From Phoronis australis (Eukaryota; Animalia; Phoronida): 64,000 nt of DNA. Positions 36,701 to 49,443 of this stretch are shown piece after piece. Location: contig NMRA01000325.1 in NCBI GenBank assembly GCA_002633005.1, positions 103,290 through 167,289 on the forward strand, read 5' to 3'. The translations under genes and the position numbers were made by a program. Every line of letters begins with the position of its first letter. The first letter of the stretch is position 1. The notes beneath the pieces are model-generated. The model did not search any database. It was not told the DNA's origin and saw only the letters and a list, made by a program, of their open reading frames with translations.

Positions 36701-37424
36701 GAATTTTAGGCATGGCCCCCTTGCCCCCCCACCCCTAAATCCGCCATAAGTTTGTAAAGTACGTCGCATCTGCCGCAGCCAAGTGAACGCTCGGTTATTG
36801 AGGTTAACTCTGACTTATCGCAAGGGTACATGTACGTCAAACATCAGCAACAGTACCCGTTTAGGTAATAAATTAGAGGAAAAAGCTTTATTGGTCAGCA
36901 AATGTCTTATCTTTATCGCCATATCGTGAAACTGATGCAAAGTACCAGCCGGAAGTGAACAACTGAAGTGAGACTACCCAGTCGTGTGAGCGCAATGCGT
37001 ACTTGGCAGCAAATCGGCACCCGCTTTACTGGCCGTTAAAAATGTAAAATAGAAAAAAAAAAACATCCACACACGGTGATGTTTCAACAAACAAAAACAA
37101 GTTTTATCTCAAAACAGTGAGCTCCACACCTCAATTGCAATAACGCGCACCTGTGATTGATTTCGCTGCCTGGACACAGGCCGGCAAAGTAATTCTCCTG
37201 CAGTTGTCGTGACTCTTCGCTTGGGAAAATAATCACTTGCTAAATTGGCTATGATTTTCAGTTATTAGGGAAAATATACTTTAAAAGGTGACAAAAACTT
37301 ACAATGTATACATCTGTTATCTAATTATAAAAATTCCTCACCGCAAACTGGGGGAGGGTAGTGTAGTGAGTTTTAGTCACTGAGCTGAATATCAGCGATG
37401 ATATAATATTGCAGTGTTAGGAGC

Positions 37425-38548
37425 ATGACGCAGTATTTTTTAATCTCTGTCAGAGGAATTTCACTCATTAACGTGTTCATCTTGACCCGCGGAGAACAGA
37501 TGTCCGCGCACGGCAGGCCAGGCGGTCCGGCTCCGCTTGTTAGCAGCTTATACGAATGTTTCTGGCTAAATGGGAATTATTCCTTTTACCTTAAACTCAT
37601 TTATACTTATACTGTACCATTTAGCACCATGGCAAGTTCTTTTCCTGATGTTATTTCGCCAAATGGTAATGGGTTGTCTTACTACAGCTCTTGTGGCGCT
37701 TTTTATTTGCCCATCTTACCAGATTATTATTTTTTTACCTTACTCATGTTTATGTTTAGTCAATAACTATTACTGGTATTGTCTTAGTCATATAACTACC
37801 TTACTTATAATTGTATGTGTCATATAAATGACCTTACTTGTGATTGTATTAGTCATAATAAATGACCTTATATCGCCTACCCAGGTCTTGGTTTCATCTC
37901 TGGTAATGAGCTTGCGACGCACGAACTGCCGTATATCATCCGGGACATATGTCGATCATAAATGGTATTTCACTCGTTAAATATATTTATGTGAGCATAT
38001 GGACCCGTCTTACTCCTTTCCCCCTCAATTCGGTCTAGTCTATTATTCCTTTGTGGAGGACTACTCGTCGTTCTCCCAGCCTCATTGGTCAATTGTTATC
38101 ACGTGCCCAGAGGTTGGTCAGCTCTGGGGCTCTCATAGGCTGATGATTGTCACGTGTCCTTGGGAATCCACATTTGTTATTGTAACCTCGTCTTCTGTTC
38201 ACCTCCTTCGTTCCGGCCTCGTCGACGTACGTCTAACACTTCTCAAATTTTCCCACCCCCTACAACCCCCCTTCTCTCATTCCCTCGTACCTCCACGTGG
38301 CCGACGCTTTTTATTTGCCCATCTTACCAGAGATTAGTATTTTTTAACTTACTCATGTTTAGTCACTAACCATTACTGGTATTGTATTAGTCATTTAACT
38401 ACCTTACTTATAATTGTATGTGTCATATAAATGACCTTATATCGCCTACCCAGCAGGTCTTAGTTTCATCTCTGCTAACGAGCTTACGACGCACGAACTA
38501 CCATATATCATTCGGGACATAGGCCTATGTCGATCATAAATGGTATTC
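37425..38548 (+). repeat. Partial tandem of a repeat with structured terminus (copy A 37690-37970, copy B ~38070-38548); copy C at ~62470-62890
   Basis: Shared cgctttttatttgcccatctt..ccaga ... aaatgaccttatatcgccta..ggtct..atctctg..aa..gagctt.cgacgcac...cgggacata..cataaat; B and C also share ttggtcagctc..ggctc.cataggctgatgattgtcacgtgtc. Confidence 0.85.
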
Positions 38549-39180
38549 TGTCGTTCATTGTCATTTGGTGACAGTCAGCCGCCCGGCTGTAACGGAAGTC
38601 GTGGGAGACCACCGCCAGTATCTCAGTCTCCGTCCAAATTTATTTTCGATATATTCACAAGTTTAATCGTCAGGATATTCCAACTGTATAGCAATTTTAT
38701 TCAATTCTTTTGATACTGCATGCTCGTTGTTCTGCTTATACTGTCTGTTTACCAGAGTTAAATGCACCCAGTTAAACACGCTTAGCATAGCCCGCCATAG
38801 TCGGCCTTGTTATTCAATCGTTGGCATAGGACTGACTAGTCTGTAATTTTATGCAAGGGTCTGAAACTATCTTTGTATGTATACGGCATTTATGATTTGA
38901 ACCATATATTCCGATAAAACAGCCGGGGACGGCATGCGTTCGTCTTTCGCCACTCGCCAGTGCAATGGCTTCGATCGGTCCGCACCTGGTCATCGGCTGC
39001 AATTCTGAGTCCGGTAAAATAATTTCTGTCAAAATTTATTTTGCCACATTTTGTCAACAGTTTCAGCACAAATTGTCCCAATTTTGGTTTTATTGAAGTT
39101 AAGGTCCGCTGTCGATTATTTTATCCCCGTTTGCAGGCTGGCAACAGACACGGCTCCAATAGCACAGCCGGCGTTCTTAA

Positions 39181-40599
39181 AGGGGAAGGCAACCCTTTTT
39201 CGTGTCATTTTTAGCAAAAATACGGTTCGTTGATTATCCCAGACATATGCTTCAGTTAATTACGGCTCCCCGTAATTTTATTAATTAGTCGTGCACTACT
39301 CCGGAAGTGACGTTTAATAATTTCTCGCCATTTCGTATAGTGCGTTCGAGTTAATGTGAGGATCTGTTCTACTGTTGTTTTTGTGCTGGTCTCCTAAAAT
39401 TGTCGTCACCACTTCCCATCGACGAGTATTCTACAACAAGTTGGATTGTTAGAGGACTCAAATACGTTGGATTTAGAATTCTTTAAGATTGTAGTAGCAG
39501 TGGGTGGATATGTTTGACCCCCGAGTAGTGAGGCAGAATACAGACAGCTGTTGAGAGGGATGAGACAGAGACTGAGGACAGACGTGGGGGGACGTATTAG
39601 TGCAACTGCAAGGTGTGCACTGCTATGCCGACCTCAATGGAATGCCTGTGTTGGCACTGGGTGGTGACCTTAGGACCCAAATCGCTTACAAGCAGCCGTG
39701 TGACTCCCTCGCCACACACCTGGCACCTTCTGAATAGCTCCAATACTTTAGTCAAGTCCATAATAAACTCATCAAAGTTTGGCTCACCGGCCTGACCACA
39801 GGACGACGAACTGTCCTCCCCACTTGGTGTCGAACTTGGCCTTTATTCACCAACATCGCTACAGGGCTGCTTACAGGCTCTGGGTTGGAGTGAACACCAA
39901 CACAAAACAAATCACTACTAGTTCCCAGAATTGCACGCTCTAGGGTACGTTCGGAAGCACGGGTGACAGTAGATGAAGCGCCTCCATGCAGTCACTGTAG
40001 AGGTCACAGCTCACTTCGAAATGCACTTCTCGGAGGTGGCGACGGGACACTTCCGAGAATCAACAGCGACAGTATGGCACCCTTCTTTAGGGATTGTTTT
40101 GCAGGAACTTTCATCGATTCCGCGTAGGCCTATATATCTCTTTCGTAATCTAACGGCAGAAAGTGCTTGCCACACCGTCACTCGGTAATTCTCCACGGCT
40201 TTGTATGTTGCGTGGACGGTAGGCCTAACGCTGCCTTTTTCTCACGAACAAGGCAAGTAGGGCGGAGCGTGTCATCTTTCGGAAAGCGGTGCACTGGCGT
40301 ACCCAAAGTGCGCGTGAGACGATGACGAGTACACCCCGGTACGCAGGAACCGTGAGGCATGTTGACTGACTCGTAAACAAAGGCAAACGACAACCAAACT
40401 TATCACAACCGAGGTAAAACAATGACTGACTCGACAAGTCACACAGTCAGACTATATGAAAACAAAATGGCGTCATTTCCGGAGTAACTCACGACTAATT
40501 AATAAAATTATAAGAAGCCATTATTAACTAAAAAATTGTCTGGGATAATCAACGAACCGTATTTTTACTAAAATTAACATGAAAAGTTTGCTTTCAGCT
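39181..40599. mobile_element. Kolobok-type non-autonomous element 2 (1.42 kb) with KolX (+) and THAP (-) remnants
   Basis: TTAA TSD at 39177-80 and 40600-03, AG...CT termini, ~135-bp imperfect TIRs including aaaaatacggttcgttgattatcccagaca; KolX-like CNCKVCTAMPTSMECLC..YRAAYR; THAP MPHGSCVPGC..VHRFPKD..CGKHFLPLDY..LKKGAI. Confidence 0.88.
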
Positions 40600-40639
40600 T
40601 TAAGCCTGGGTTCCTGAATAAATTGGATTTCTGGTTTCG

Positions 40640-41400
40640 CGTTTGAGTTCAAAATGGCGGCGTGTTCTTCGGGTCGGAATCGTGAGTGGTGCGTTTATTT
40701 AAACTTTCTTCGACATAGGAAAGGTACAGCTTCCTTATAATTTCTTCTAACCATTTAAAAAGGGTTAAAAACATGTGCTACTAGGACTTTAAACGGACAT
40801 AATCGGTTTTACGACACATTTTAGAAATAATGGAATTGGATGAGGTAGACTTCTTGGTGTCAAATGCATACTGTGGCCATCAACTGCAGCAATTCTCTGC
40901 AACTACAGAAGTATAATCACTTCATCGTCGTCATGATTTTCAGCAAAAAATTGTTTCTTGAAACATCGTGTTTACATACACTCTTTCACAGTGCCACGAT
41001 AGGTAGCACTGTCGAATGTTGTTTAACATGGCTTCTCATTGATTTAAGTAATGAAACCGACTTCATAACATTCAGCCAGTCCCATTGGTTGAAATCTGGA
41101 AAACCTCTTTCAGTTTACAGTTACCGAGTATGGCGACCACCTTTGACTTGAATAGTTACATTTATTAAAACGGGCAGTGATTGAAGAAAACAAAACCAAG
41201 GGAACCCCGATCCAGTCGCTTAAGCCTAAGCAAGTACAGTACATAAAAGAGTGTGCAAATGGTGGCGATGTGGTCGATATACTTCCGGCCAAGGCATGCG
41301 CATTGATGCCTACACACGGAATTCCGAATTTCGTATTTCTACAGGGCCACTTTTTAGTAAAGGTGACGCTGAATCAGAGAGTACGTGTGTACGCAGTCTC
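40640..41400. mobile_element. Possible AcademH-related remnant (RecQ-like helicase start)
   Basis: SLKPKQVQYIKECANGGDVVDILP resembles the RecQ motif-0/I lead-in LKPKQ...DVxxxLPTGxGKS but breaks before the Walker A. Confidence 0.3.
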
Positions 41401-44400
41401 GACAGTCGCACATGGAACATGGCATGCCCGACTTCAAACAAAGGAACATTCTTGTACTACAGCCCCTTTTTTACATTTACATTTTCAGTTAACATTTTTG
41501 TGATCTGTTCTGGGGCTAATGGCAGCGCCATCCAGCGAACTTTCTGATTACCTGCTCCATTACCAAATATGGAGACAGTGCACTGACCTGCTGTTGCAAG
41601 ACTCGTTTGTGAATGACAGACTGATAGTTTATTAATTGCTTTTTTCGTATGTAACACCAAACAATCTTGGTTGGGAGGTAAAGCCTATTCCATCACTGAT
41701 TTCAATCTGAAAATGTGGTAGCGCGCTTCATGATTCGTAAACATAGAGCTTGCATACAAAGGGGTTCAATGTTGTTCATGAGTTGATAAGGAAACTCAAA
41801 TATTGAGCCCAACTTTAGAAAAACCTCACGTAATGTAGGAGTGTCCAAGACAACAGCAATTGCAGAGTCTTGTCATTGCCTGTAGCCTTGGAGGCACTAA
41901 GTCACATCCTGTGAAAATGTGCAGATCAAACAATATTTGAGCCTCGTTCAAGAGTAAGAGCTTGAACTCAAATCAATTGCTTTGGAATTCTGAGCTGTAC
42001 CTGTTAATATCTTGAGTGATACAGAAATGCTTGTTGCATGTGACAAACCCAAAAGCATTACATCTGTGTCGGAGTTTTTGAAGATAACTGAAGGGTGACT
42101 GTCTGCTGCATCATGAGCGTGCAAAAATAAACGCGTCCCCCTCTTTATGATAAAAATGTGAGTTTCGACCTCTCAACTAACGTTTACAGACTTCTGTGAG
42201 TGACACATATAGGCCTACTTTTGTCCACACATTTGGTTATTGTCTCAGTATCGGCACTTTCCCATTGTTTAAACAGAAAGTCATCAAAGATCTGCTTGTT
42301 TCCGCCATAAGACAGAAACTTCTTGAACTGTTCTGGAATTTTCGGGCCAGGCCTGGTACTTATATTTTCTCAGTTCTCAACAAAAGTAAACCTAAGAAAA
42401 ATGAGCATCGGTACTACCTGTGGTTGCACTGTACAAAACATGGTAAGCTTTTGAGCATCTGTAACACTGTAGCTCAACCTTTGGAAAACAGAAAAATGTC
42501 CATTTTGAGAATATTTTTTGTGTGAAATTGGAAAGCGTTTAACGCAGCACAAAAGTAGATTGCGTTACGTCCTGTTTTAGTCGGTACGTAATTGGACGAA
42601 TAAACATTGTTCCAGTGCACCCTAAAAATTCCAGTTTGGGACAGTCTCCAACATTTTTACAACAAAATCTGAGCTAAAATTGAGTTTTCTTAATTATGAA
42701 ATTTGGAACACTGGTGATTTTTGCCTTTTTATATCTCAAATTCTAAACATTGTCCATTTTTTCATAATCGGGTCGGAAAATAGGCTTGAAATTTCATAAA
42801 AATCAGTGCTGATCGCTTGCACGTTGGTTAAAACTGCCGCCAGTACCTTTGAGTTTGGGACAGCTAATATAATTGCAAATTTCTAAAATTTGGAACAACC
42901 TCGGACCTTAAGCAAAATTATTGCTTTTTCTGCATCCCTAACTACGTGTTTTCACCGCAATTCACAGTTTTACCAACTCAGGTACGTATCAACATTTGTT
43001 TCAAAGTTGGAAAGGTTTTCAAATTTCCTTTTCTTTGGCAGATGGTGCTTTATGAATTAACTTCTCTTCAGCATTTCGACCACATGATTGCAATTCTCGT
43101 TTGGCCTCTCATCTGAGCTTGGCCACCTACGAGGGTCTGATCGAACCTGCTGCGCGACCGGGAACAGAACGTTACAAATTTGAGTAGTTTGATTACACAC
43201 TATTTTCAATCACTTGATCATGATCAGTGAACGCGGATAACTTTGCACTTGTTATCATTTTTTTCCTCCGTGTAACTTTCAAAAGAATGCATGTTTGGTG
43301 TTGTTGATAAGTAAAAATATGTTTTCCCTCAAAAATGAACATTGTGGCAAATTTCACATCCTCGTTCACGCTTTACCATTTGAGTTTCTAGCATTTGCGG
43401 CTCAGTTTAATACGTCTATCTAGCAAAGGTATATTGATATTTTACCAATTCTGTCAAAACAAAAAGAACCCTACCTGCATACGTTTTCCGTAAACAACTT
43501 AGAAGGATAATGTCTGACCAAATCCTTTTCTAGTAGATGTTGCGAAGACGGCAGATATTTGAACTGTGAGGTAAGGTTCGAGCAAATTGTCTTCGTTAAT
43601 GCCGGATAATAAGCTGTCGAAAACTATCATCTAAGCAGGGAGCATGATCTTACGCGGGTGAAGATGGCTGAAATATCGTGTAATGACTGGCTACAACGTA
43701 TACAGATGTATATAAGCTAGTAATTTGGCTCAACAGATGCTATTTTCTGTCGATTTTCTCTGAGCTTCCTAATGTTGTTTACACTAGTGGCATATCAATA
43801 CAAGAGCGCGTGGAACAACCTGTCCGAATTAACAATCAAAACTATAAGCTGATGTCCAAAGCTGGCAGTTGATATGTGCTGGACACTAACGTAGGTCAGT
43901 TGCAGCAATATTCATTACACGTCAAAGAAGTACGTTTGACTTAAGCACGTGAACACTAGTGGAAGAGAAATGAATGAGCCATCTGATCAACGCAAATGCC
44001 GTGAAGTCTCCAATATCGTGTCACCAATATTGTGCAATCATGACAGGGGAAACCCCTTTTACTATTTTCAGCAATTAACTTCCCATGTTATTTACCTTGA
44101 ACAGAAATGGCATTACAACTGAGATACATCGCGAATTCTAGTTTTGTTTCACCTTACCGTTACATGGAATCAGTCACTTAGAACTTAGCCACTGTGCGGT
44201 TGAAAATTTGACAGACATCATGTTTGCTGTACACTTTGGTTGAATGACGTTGGCAACATGAGTCATGTGTTGTTGTTTTTTTTTGGACAATGCCTTTGGC
44301 GATTTCCTCAAAAGCTTGAGACATTCTCGAAACATTCTGGAGACACTTCACTGAATCTGTTGTCTTCGTGTTATAGTTATGAATTGTGACACCATTAAAA

Positions 44401-45867
44401 GTTATGTATCTTCGTCACTTGTATCAGTTTTCCACGATTTATTAATACCCTTCTTCGCTGATATTCTATTTCCATGCATAATTCATGATCATAAGCCACC
44501 ACTGAATCAATTTAGATGGTTTAATTACTAACTTCTGATCGTTCTTTTGGGCCAGGCCAGCGATCTGTATTCTTAATAGTTTACGAGTATACTATGATTT
44601 GATTGTATTTTTCAGGACTAAGAACCCTCAGCAGATTTTCAAAACCGTCATATGGCACCAATCAAGTGCTCGGAAAGATTTCAACTACAACCACGTGCAC
44701 AGTTCCTGTTATCATAGTACATGTATCTGAATTCACTTATGTAAGTTTAGATAACATGAACCATTTAAAGATTAACCATTTTGCGGTAGACATTAACAAG
44801 ATTTCGTCCAAGGTTTACTTTAATGGCTTTGTTGACTCAAGTGTAAAAATAAGTCATCTACCGTATGTAAGTCACATCGGTAGAACTGTGCTTGTTCAAA
44901 TGCTCAGTCAAAAGGATAGTAATTAAATCATGTTTTGTTTATTTTACCCATCTTCCCTCACCTGCCATTGAGTAATAAGTACTCCCCCGGAAAAGCGGAA
45001 GCATTGTTCAGCTCAAACTCTCTTTTTACTGCGTCTCAAAGTGGATTCGGTGGTTCGAACCGCTAAAGTCGACCATTCCCGAAGTCACGCTTGCCGATAA
45101 AGTGTACTAGTTTGGAAAAAATGGCAAATTGAATCAAAATCAAAGGGAGTGGCGATGGCCTAAAGAACAGAAATTGGCGTTAATATTCATTAATAATCAA
45201 AGACCGGATTTAATCTCCTTTTCTTAGTACAAAATTCGAAATGATATGTAACTTAGAAGTTTGAATTTCTGGCTGTATTTCTTACTAATCAATTAAGCGT
45301 TAATAAAGTGTCTATTTAATGAGACGGATTATCGACAAACGATCCTTGGAAGATAATCGAAATTTCCCGAGCTTTATTGATCATAATTAATTGATTATTC
45401 TTAGTTGAGACGTAGTTGTTACGCAATATTTCTTGACCTCGCTTCTCTGATATTAAAGCAGTTTGACTGAACTGAACCAACGTAGTCTACAGTACAGAAG
45501 TCAGAGAATGGCAGACGACGACGGGCAAAAGAGTAAGCTGGTAATGACTAAAAACAATATAATATTAACAAGATGCCCAACTACACCAGCCATCAGAGAA
45601 GGCAAATGCCACATGTTGATTGAGAGGACAGGTAACCGTGGACAAAAAAAAGACAAAACCCTTTTAAGTAAAGGCAATTGTCGTACATGTATATGTAATT
45701 TTCTTTTAATTCATCACTGAATTGAAGAACTCATCACCTAAAACGAAACTAAACTGTGCTTCTTTGACTTCACTCGAAAATTCTTTCTGTCATGCAATTG
45801 CACGATTAGTTCAACCCCAGACAGATATATGTATTGTCATAGGAAGCACTTCCTTACTGCGTCACAT

Positions 45868-45960
45868 TATGTAGCTGCAGCATGGAGTCGAACCCACTTG
45901 CTCCACAATAGCAGCCGAACTCTAACGAGTTCAGCCAAGGTAGAGTTCAGTTAAGCTAGG
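45868..45960 (-). mobile_element. tRNA-related SINE-like fragment
   Basis: Minus strand TTGGCTGAACTCGTTAGAG ... GGGTTCGACTCC (A/B-box-like) without proper acceptor or anticodon stems. Confidence 0.45.
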
Positions 45961-48900
45961 ACCTATCTAAAAAAATACAATACTTTGCGAGCACAACGAA
46001 TTTTGTTATTTCATAACTCTGATCAAAGCTAGTAAATTCAACAAGTCTATCACACCCAACAACAATCCCAAAACTGCGTTTTACGGCCCTAAAATCGACC
46101 GGCAATGTTCCTTATATGATTCAAACACATTAATGTTTGTAATGTTAGTTCTTTTTGAAATCCATTCAGTTCCACAAAATATGATCTGCATGCAAGAGTA
46201 CTATTTGTAGTGAACCGTGACCAAGTGTCAACGGCAAAATGGCACATTATTCGGGTCTTGTATTAATTGCAAATTTCAAGAACCTGAAGTAATGAACTTG
46301 TTATGGAGTGTTTTTATGCACGAAAACCTTTGGTAAATCGTAAAGTAAGTATATTCTTTCATTTGAAAATAATAATCGTGCGTGTCACCGTTTCAATTCA
46401 CACAAAATACTCGAGATATTTTCAAATGAATAGGTCTTGGCGACAATTGTGAAAACTAATTTTTTCGCAAAGACATAAAAGATCACAAGACCCAAAATGT
46501 GGACTCACCGTTAACGAATTCGAATTTTGCTAGACACCTTTCTTGACAAATAACTGAGCTAATTGGACTGAACCCTGAATGGACTTACCTTCCAAAATGG
46601 TGGAAAACATTTAGTTTTTCTTTTGATTCTTATGTCCAACTACGGCTGTAACCCAAGTATATGGGAATTCAAAGCACTTCCTGACTTCTGAATTTATGCG
46701 ACCACTACTGTTGAATAATCTTTCTCAACTGTTATCGTTAATCAATAACCGACAAATAGTCATTCTCACCTCCTGATTACACCTTGTTGGTGAGTTTAGG
46801 AGACATTCGTTATCAATAATTAGTAATAAACTCGTTAAAGCCTGGAGTCCCCATTCCAAGTTTTAATAAACATATTGGTTACTCTGTGGTCCAGCCCTGT
46901 GTATGGGTTGTCACTGCTTCCAATCAGTAACGAGGTATAGTGGGCAGGCGATTTATTCTCAATTCTGGAGGATCAGGTCACACAGAGTCGCGGATCTTGC
47001 ACCGGGAAGTAAAAACGTGACTATTCATGCGCCTCGAGAGCTTGTACACATAATAGGCTCGTTGTGTGAATCAAATTTGTCTGAATTAGCTGCGTGTGGG
47101 CTCCGTTTCCAAGTATAATTATTTGGGTCTTCTTTTCACGTTTTTCTGTTATAGCTAAATGATATCCGATCTGCTCTTGATCAGGACCGTCTTAGTGTAA
47201 TAGGCCCCAGGTCAAAACAGTGACTTCTGGCCTCCATTGCAGTGTTAGGTTGGAACAGAAATTACGAAAATTTTCCGTGCAACTTGTAACTTTTAAGAAC
47301 CATTTATGTTTACAGAAAAAAATCCAAATTTGACTGGTATTGTTTACAGAATTATGAAAAATACATAATTGCAAAAAGAGTTGATTTATAAAATGCTTGT
47401 TATGATTAGAAGGATTTCACGTTTGCAAGTAAGCGTATGAGAAAATGCATCCATACTACGGAAACGATTTCCAGTACTTTTACGTGTGATAATGAAATGT
47501 ATTTACTGAACTCCCATGAAAAGGGGCGCAGTAATTAACCCTTAAAAGGTAAAAGAAAACCACACATGGAAGAGAACAAAAGATTATGGTCGATACAAGA
47601 ACGTAAAAAGGATAAACCAGGAAAAACGTGGGGAGTTAGAAAAATTGCATTTCCCTTCCGCTAACAAACTATATAATTCTCTGCCGGTAACCCTAAAGAA
47701 CACATGAAATGTAACTTATTTTAAAAAATGCATGACACTGGTCCCATTTTTAATTGTATATGGGTTGTTTTACTTATATTTTCAGCATCCACAACTGCCA
47801 CGGTAATATCCCAGTGTCTTTCGGCGTGTTTACCGTGTTCAACTTATAATGGGAGTGGTGAATGGCTTTCGGCATAACGGATTTAGTAGAAAACTTACCG
47901 TTGTAAAGTTGGCCTACAAGCTGGTTCTTCGATGAGAAGTGATTTTTGAGTTTCCAGAGAACTAGTAATTCAGTATATATAGTTATTCGTTCAGATCATT
48001 CTCGGCGTGTATTAATGACACGTCGTGACAACTTGGACGTGTGTTCTCACTGCTTCATGAAGAGTAGCTAAGACATAAAAAGTGTTGGTCTTACGCTCCT
48101 CATAACTAAAACAATCAAAACTCATGCCAGCTCTCAAATAACTAAGTATATGAGAATATACACATAGTTGTTTTTTATATGAGAAAATTTGTACAGTTCA
48201 GTTATTTCCAGGCACTTAGTTGTTAACAATTGCCTAACTAGTGACCTTGTCAATCGTGAAGCGGTAGCTGTAAGACCCAATTTCCGTCTTTTAAGTCACT
48301 TTTCATGAAACAGACCCCTCTTGCATGCGCGCGCACCCAGCCTTCAATATGGGGGTCTCGAATTTCTGTCGATGTGGACCTTTTGCTGACAAAACATCGG
48401 CAGGACTAAAAAAAAGGAGAAACGGGTTACACTGTGCGTCTACGTCTTTTTGGTGGACTTTTGCCTTGTTTCTCTAAGGCGGACCTTTTTGGCCACTACG
48501 CCCCCCCCCCCCTGGGTGCGCGCATGTCTTAGCAACGGATCCTCTGAAATCTGCTCCAATTTAGACTTGTTTTAAAATAGTATACGACCGGTCTAAATTA
48601 AAAGATATTTTTTCAGTGTCAGTGATGGAAGACTAACCGGCGGTGTCCTGGCCGGCTCAGTATGAATTACGGTTATTTCGAGTGACCTTTGCTTTCGAAC
48701 ACAACTGCGCCAGTAAGCCAACACCACAGACTGATGTCCGGCTGGGTTTCAGACTGGCCAAGTTGGGCATAACTATAGAAACAGCCTCCTCAGCCGAATT
48801 GGATGCATGGCCCCGAGGCCGGGAGTTTCAAGCCAACTCTGTCTGCAACCGTTTGCCAATCACATCTGTGTATGGACCAGGCCTACGCGGCCCCGTTTGG

Positions 48901-48978
48901 GACTACCCACAGGCCCGGCCTTGAATTTATCTGTTCGTCGTCAGTCACCTGAGTGGCCACTCATGATAATAAACAATA

Positions 48979-49421
48979 CGGCGTTTTCCCGTTGCTCCGA
49001 ACTTGTTCGATTCTCTAGTTCAACAACAAGTTGGGAAGACTACCCCTGTAGTCAACATCTGACTCGACTGATTAACGGTTGGAGGGTCAGCTCTCTTTTG
49101 TTCGATAATTGCTCTAATCTTTAGTAAATTCATATTTACCCTGACTGGGCTGTGCTGCTAAAATAAAAGTTATGTTATAACATATTTGAACATCAACCAA
49201 TAGCATTTCTGAAATCCTCGTCAAATGGTGATCATGTTTAGTTTTTGAATTGCCAAAATTGCCCAACTACGACCGAAGTTACGACAATCTATTCTTTCCG
49301 AAATTACCAATATTCGCTCTGGGTTTGACTGTGCTCACACGTGGTCTAGTAAGCCTGGTAGATAATTGGCCAGTGCCTGTGGTCATACCAGACAAAAGAC
49401 GGTGCTTGGCAGTTAACAAAG
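48979..49421 (+). mobile_element. CGGCGTTTTCC-terminus family copy 2, cut off just before the Academ element
   Basis: ta|cggcgttttcccgttgctccgaacttg start; homologous to 16318-16705 and 58971-59310. Confidence 0.75.
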
Positions 49422-49443
49422 GCGCTAGGTCGGTGTTATCACA

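Noticed and set aside
37860-37925. Twister ribozyme (minus-strand GUCGCAAGC resembles loop L4)
   Set aside because: P4 does not close properly, the T2 partner after P2 is missing, and the L1 spacing varies between copies.
38139-38170. Hammerhead core from CTGATGA (also at 62536)
   Set aside because: No stem II followed by GAAA.
45868-45960. Functional tRNA gene (also 10000-10080)
   Set aside because: A/B-box-like motifs only; the cloverleaf cannot be completed.
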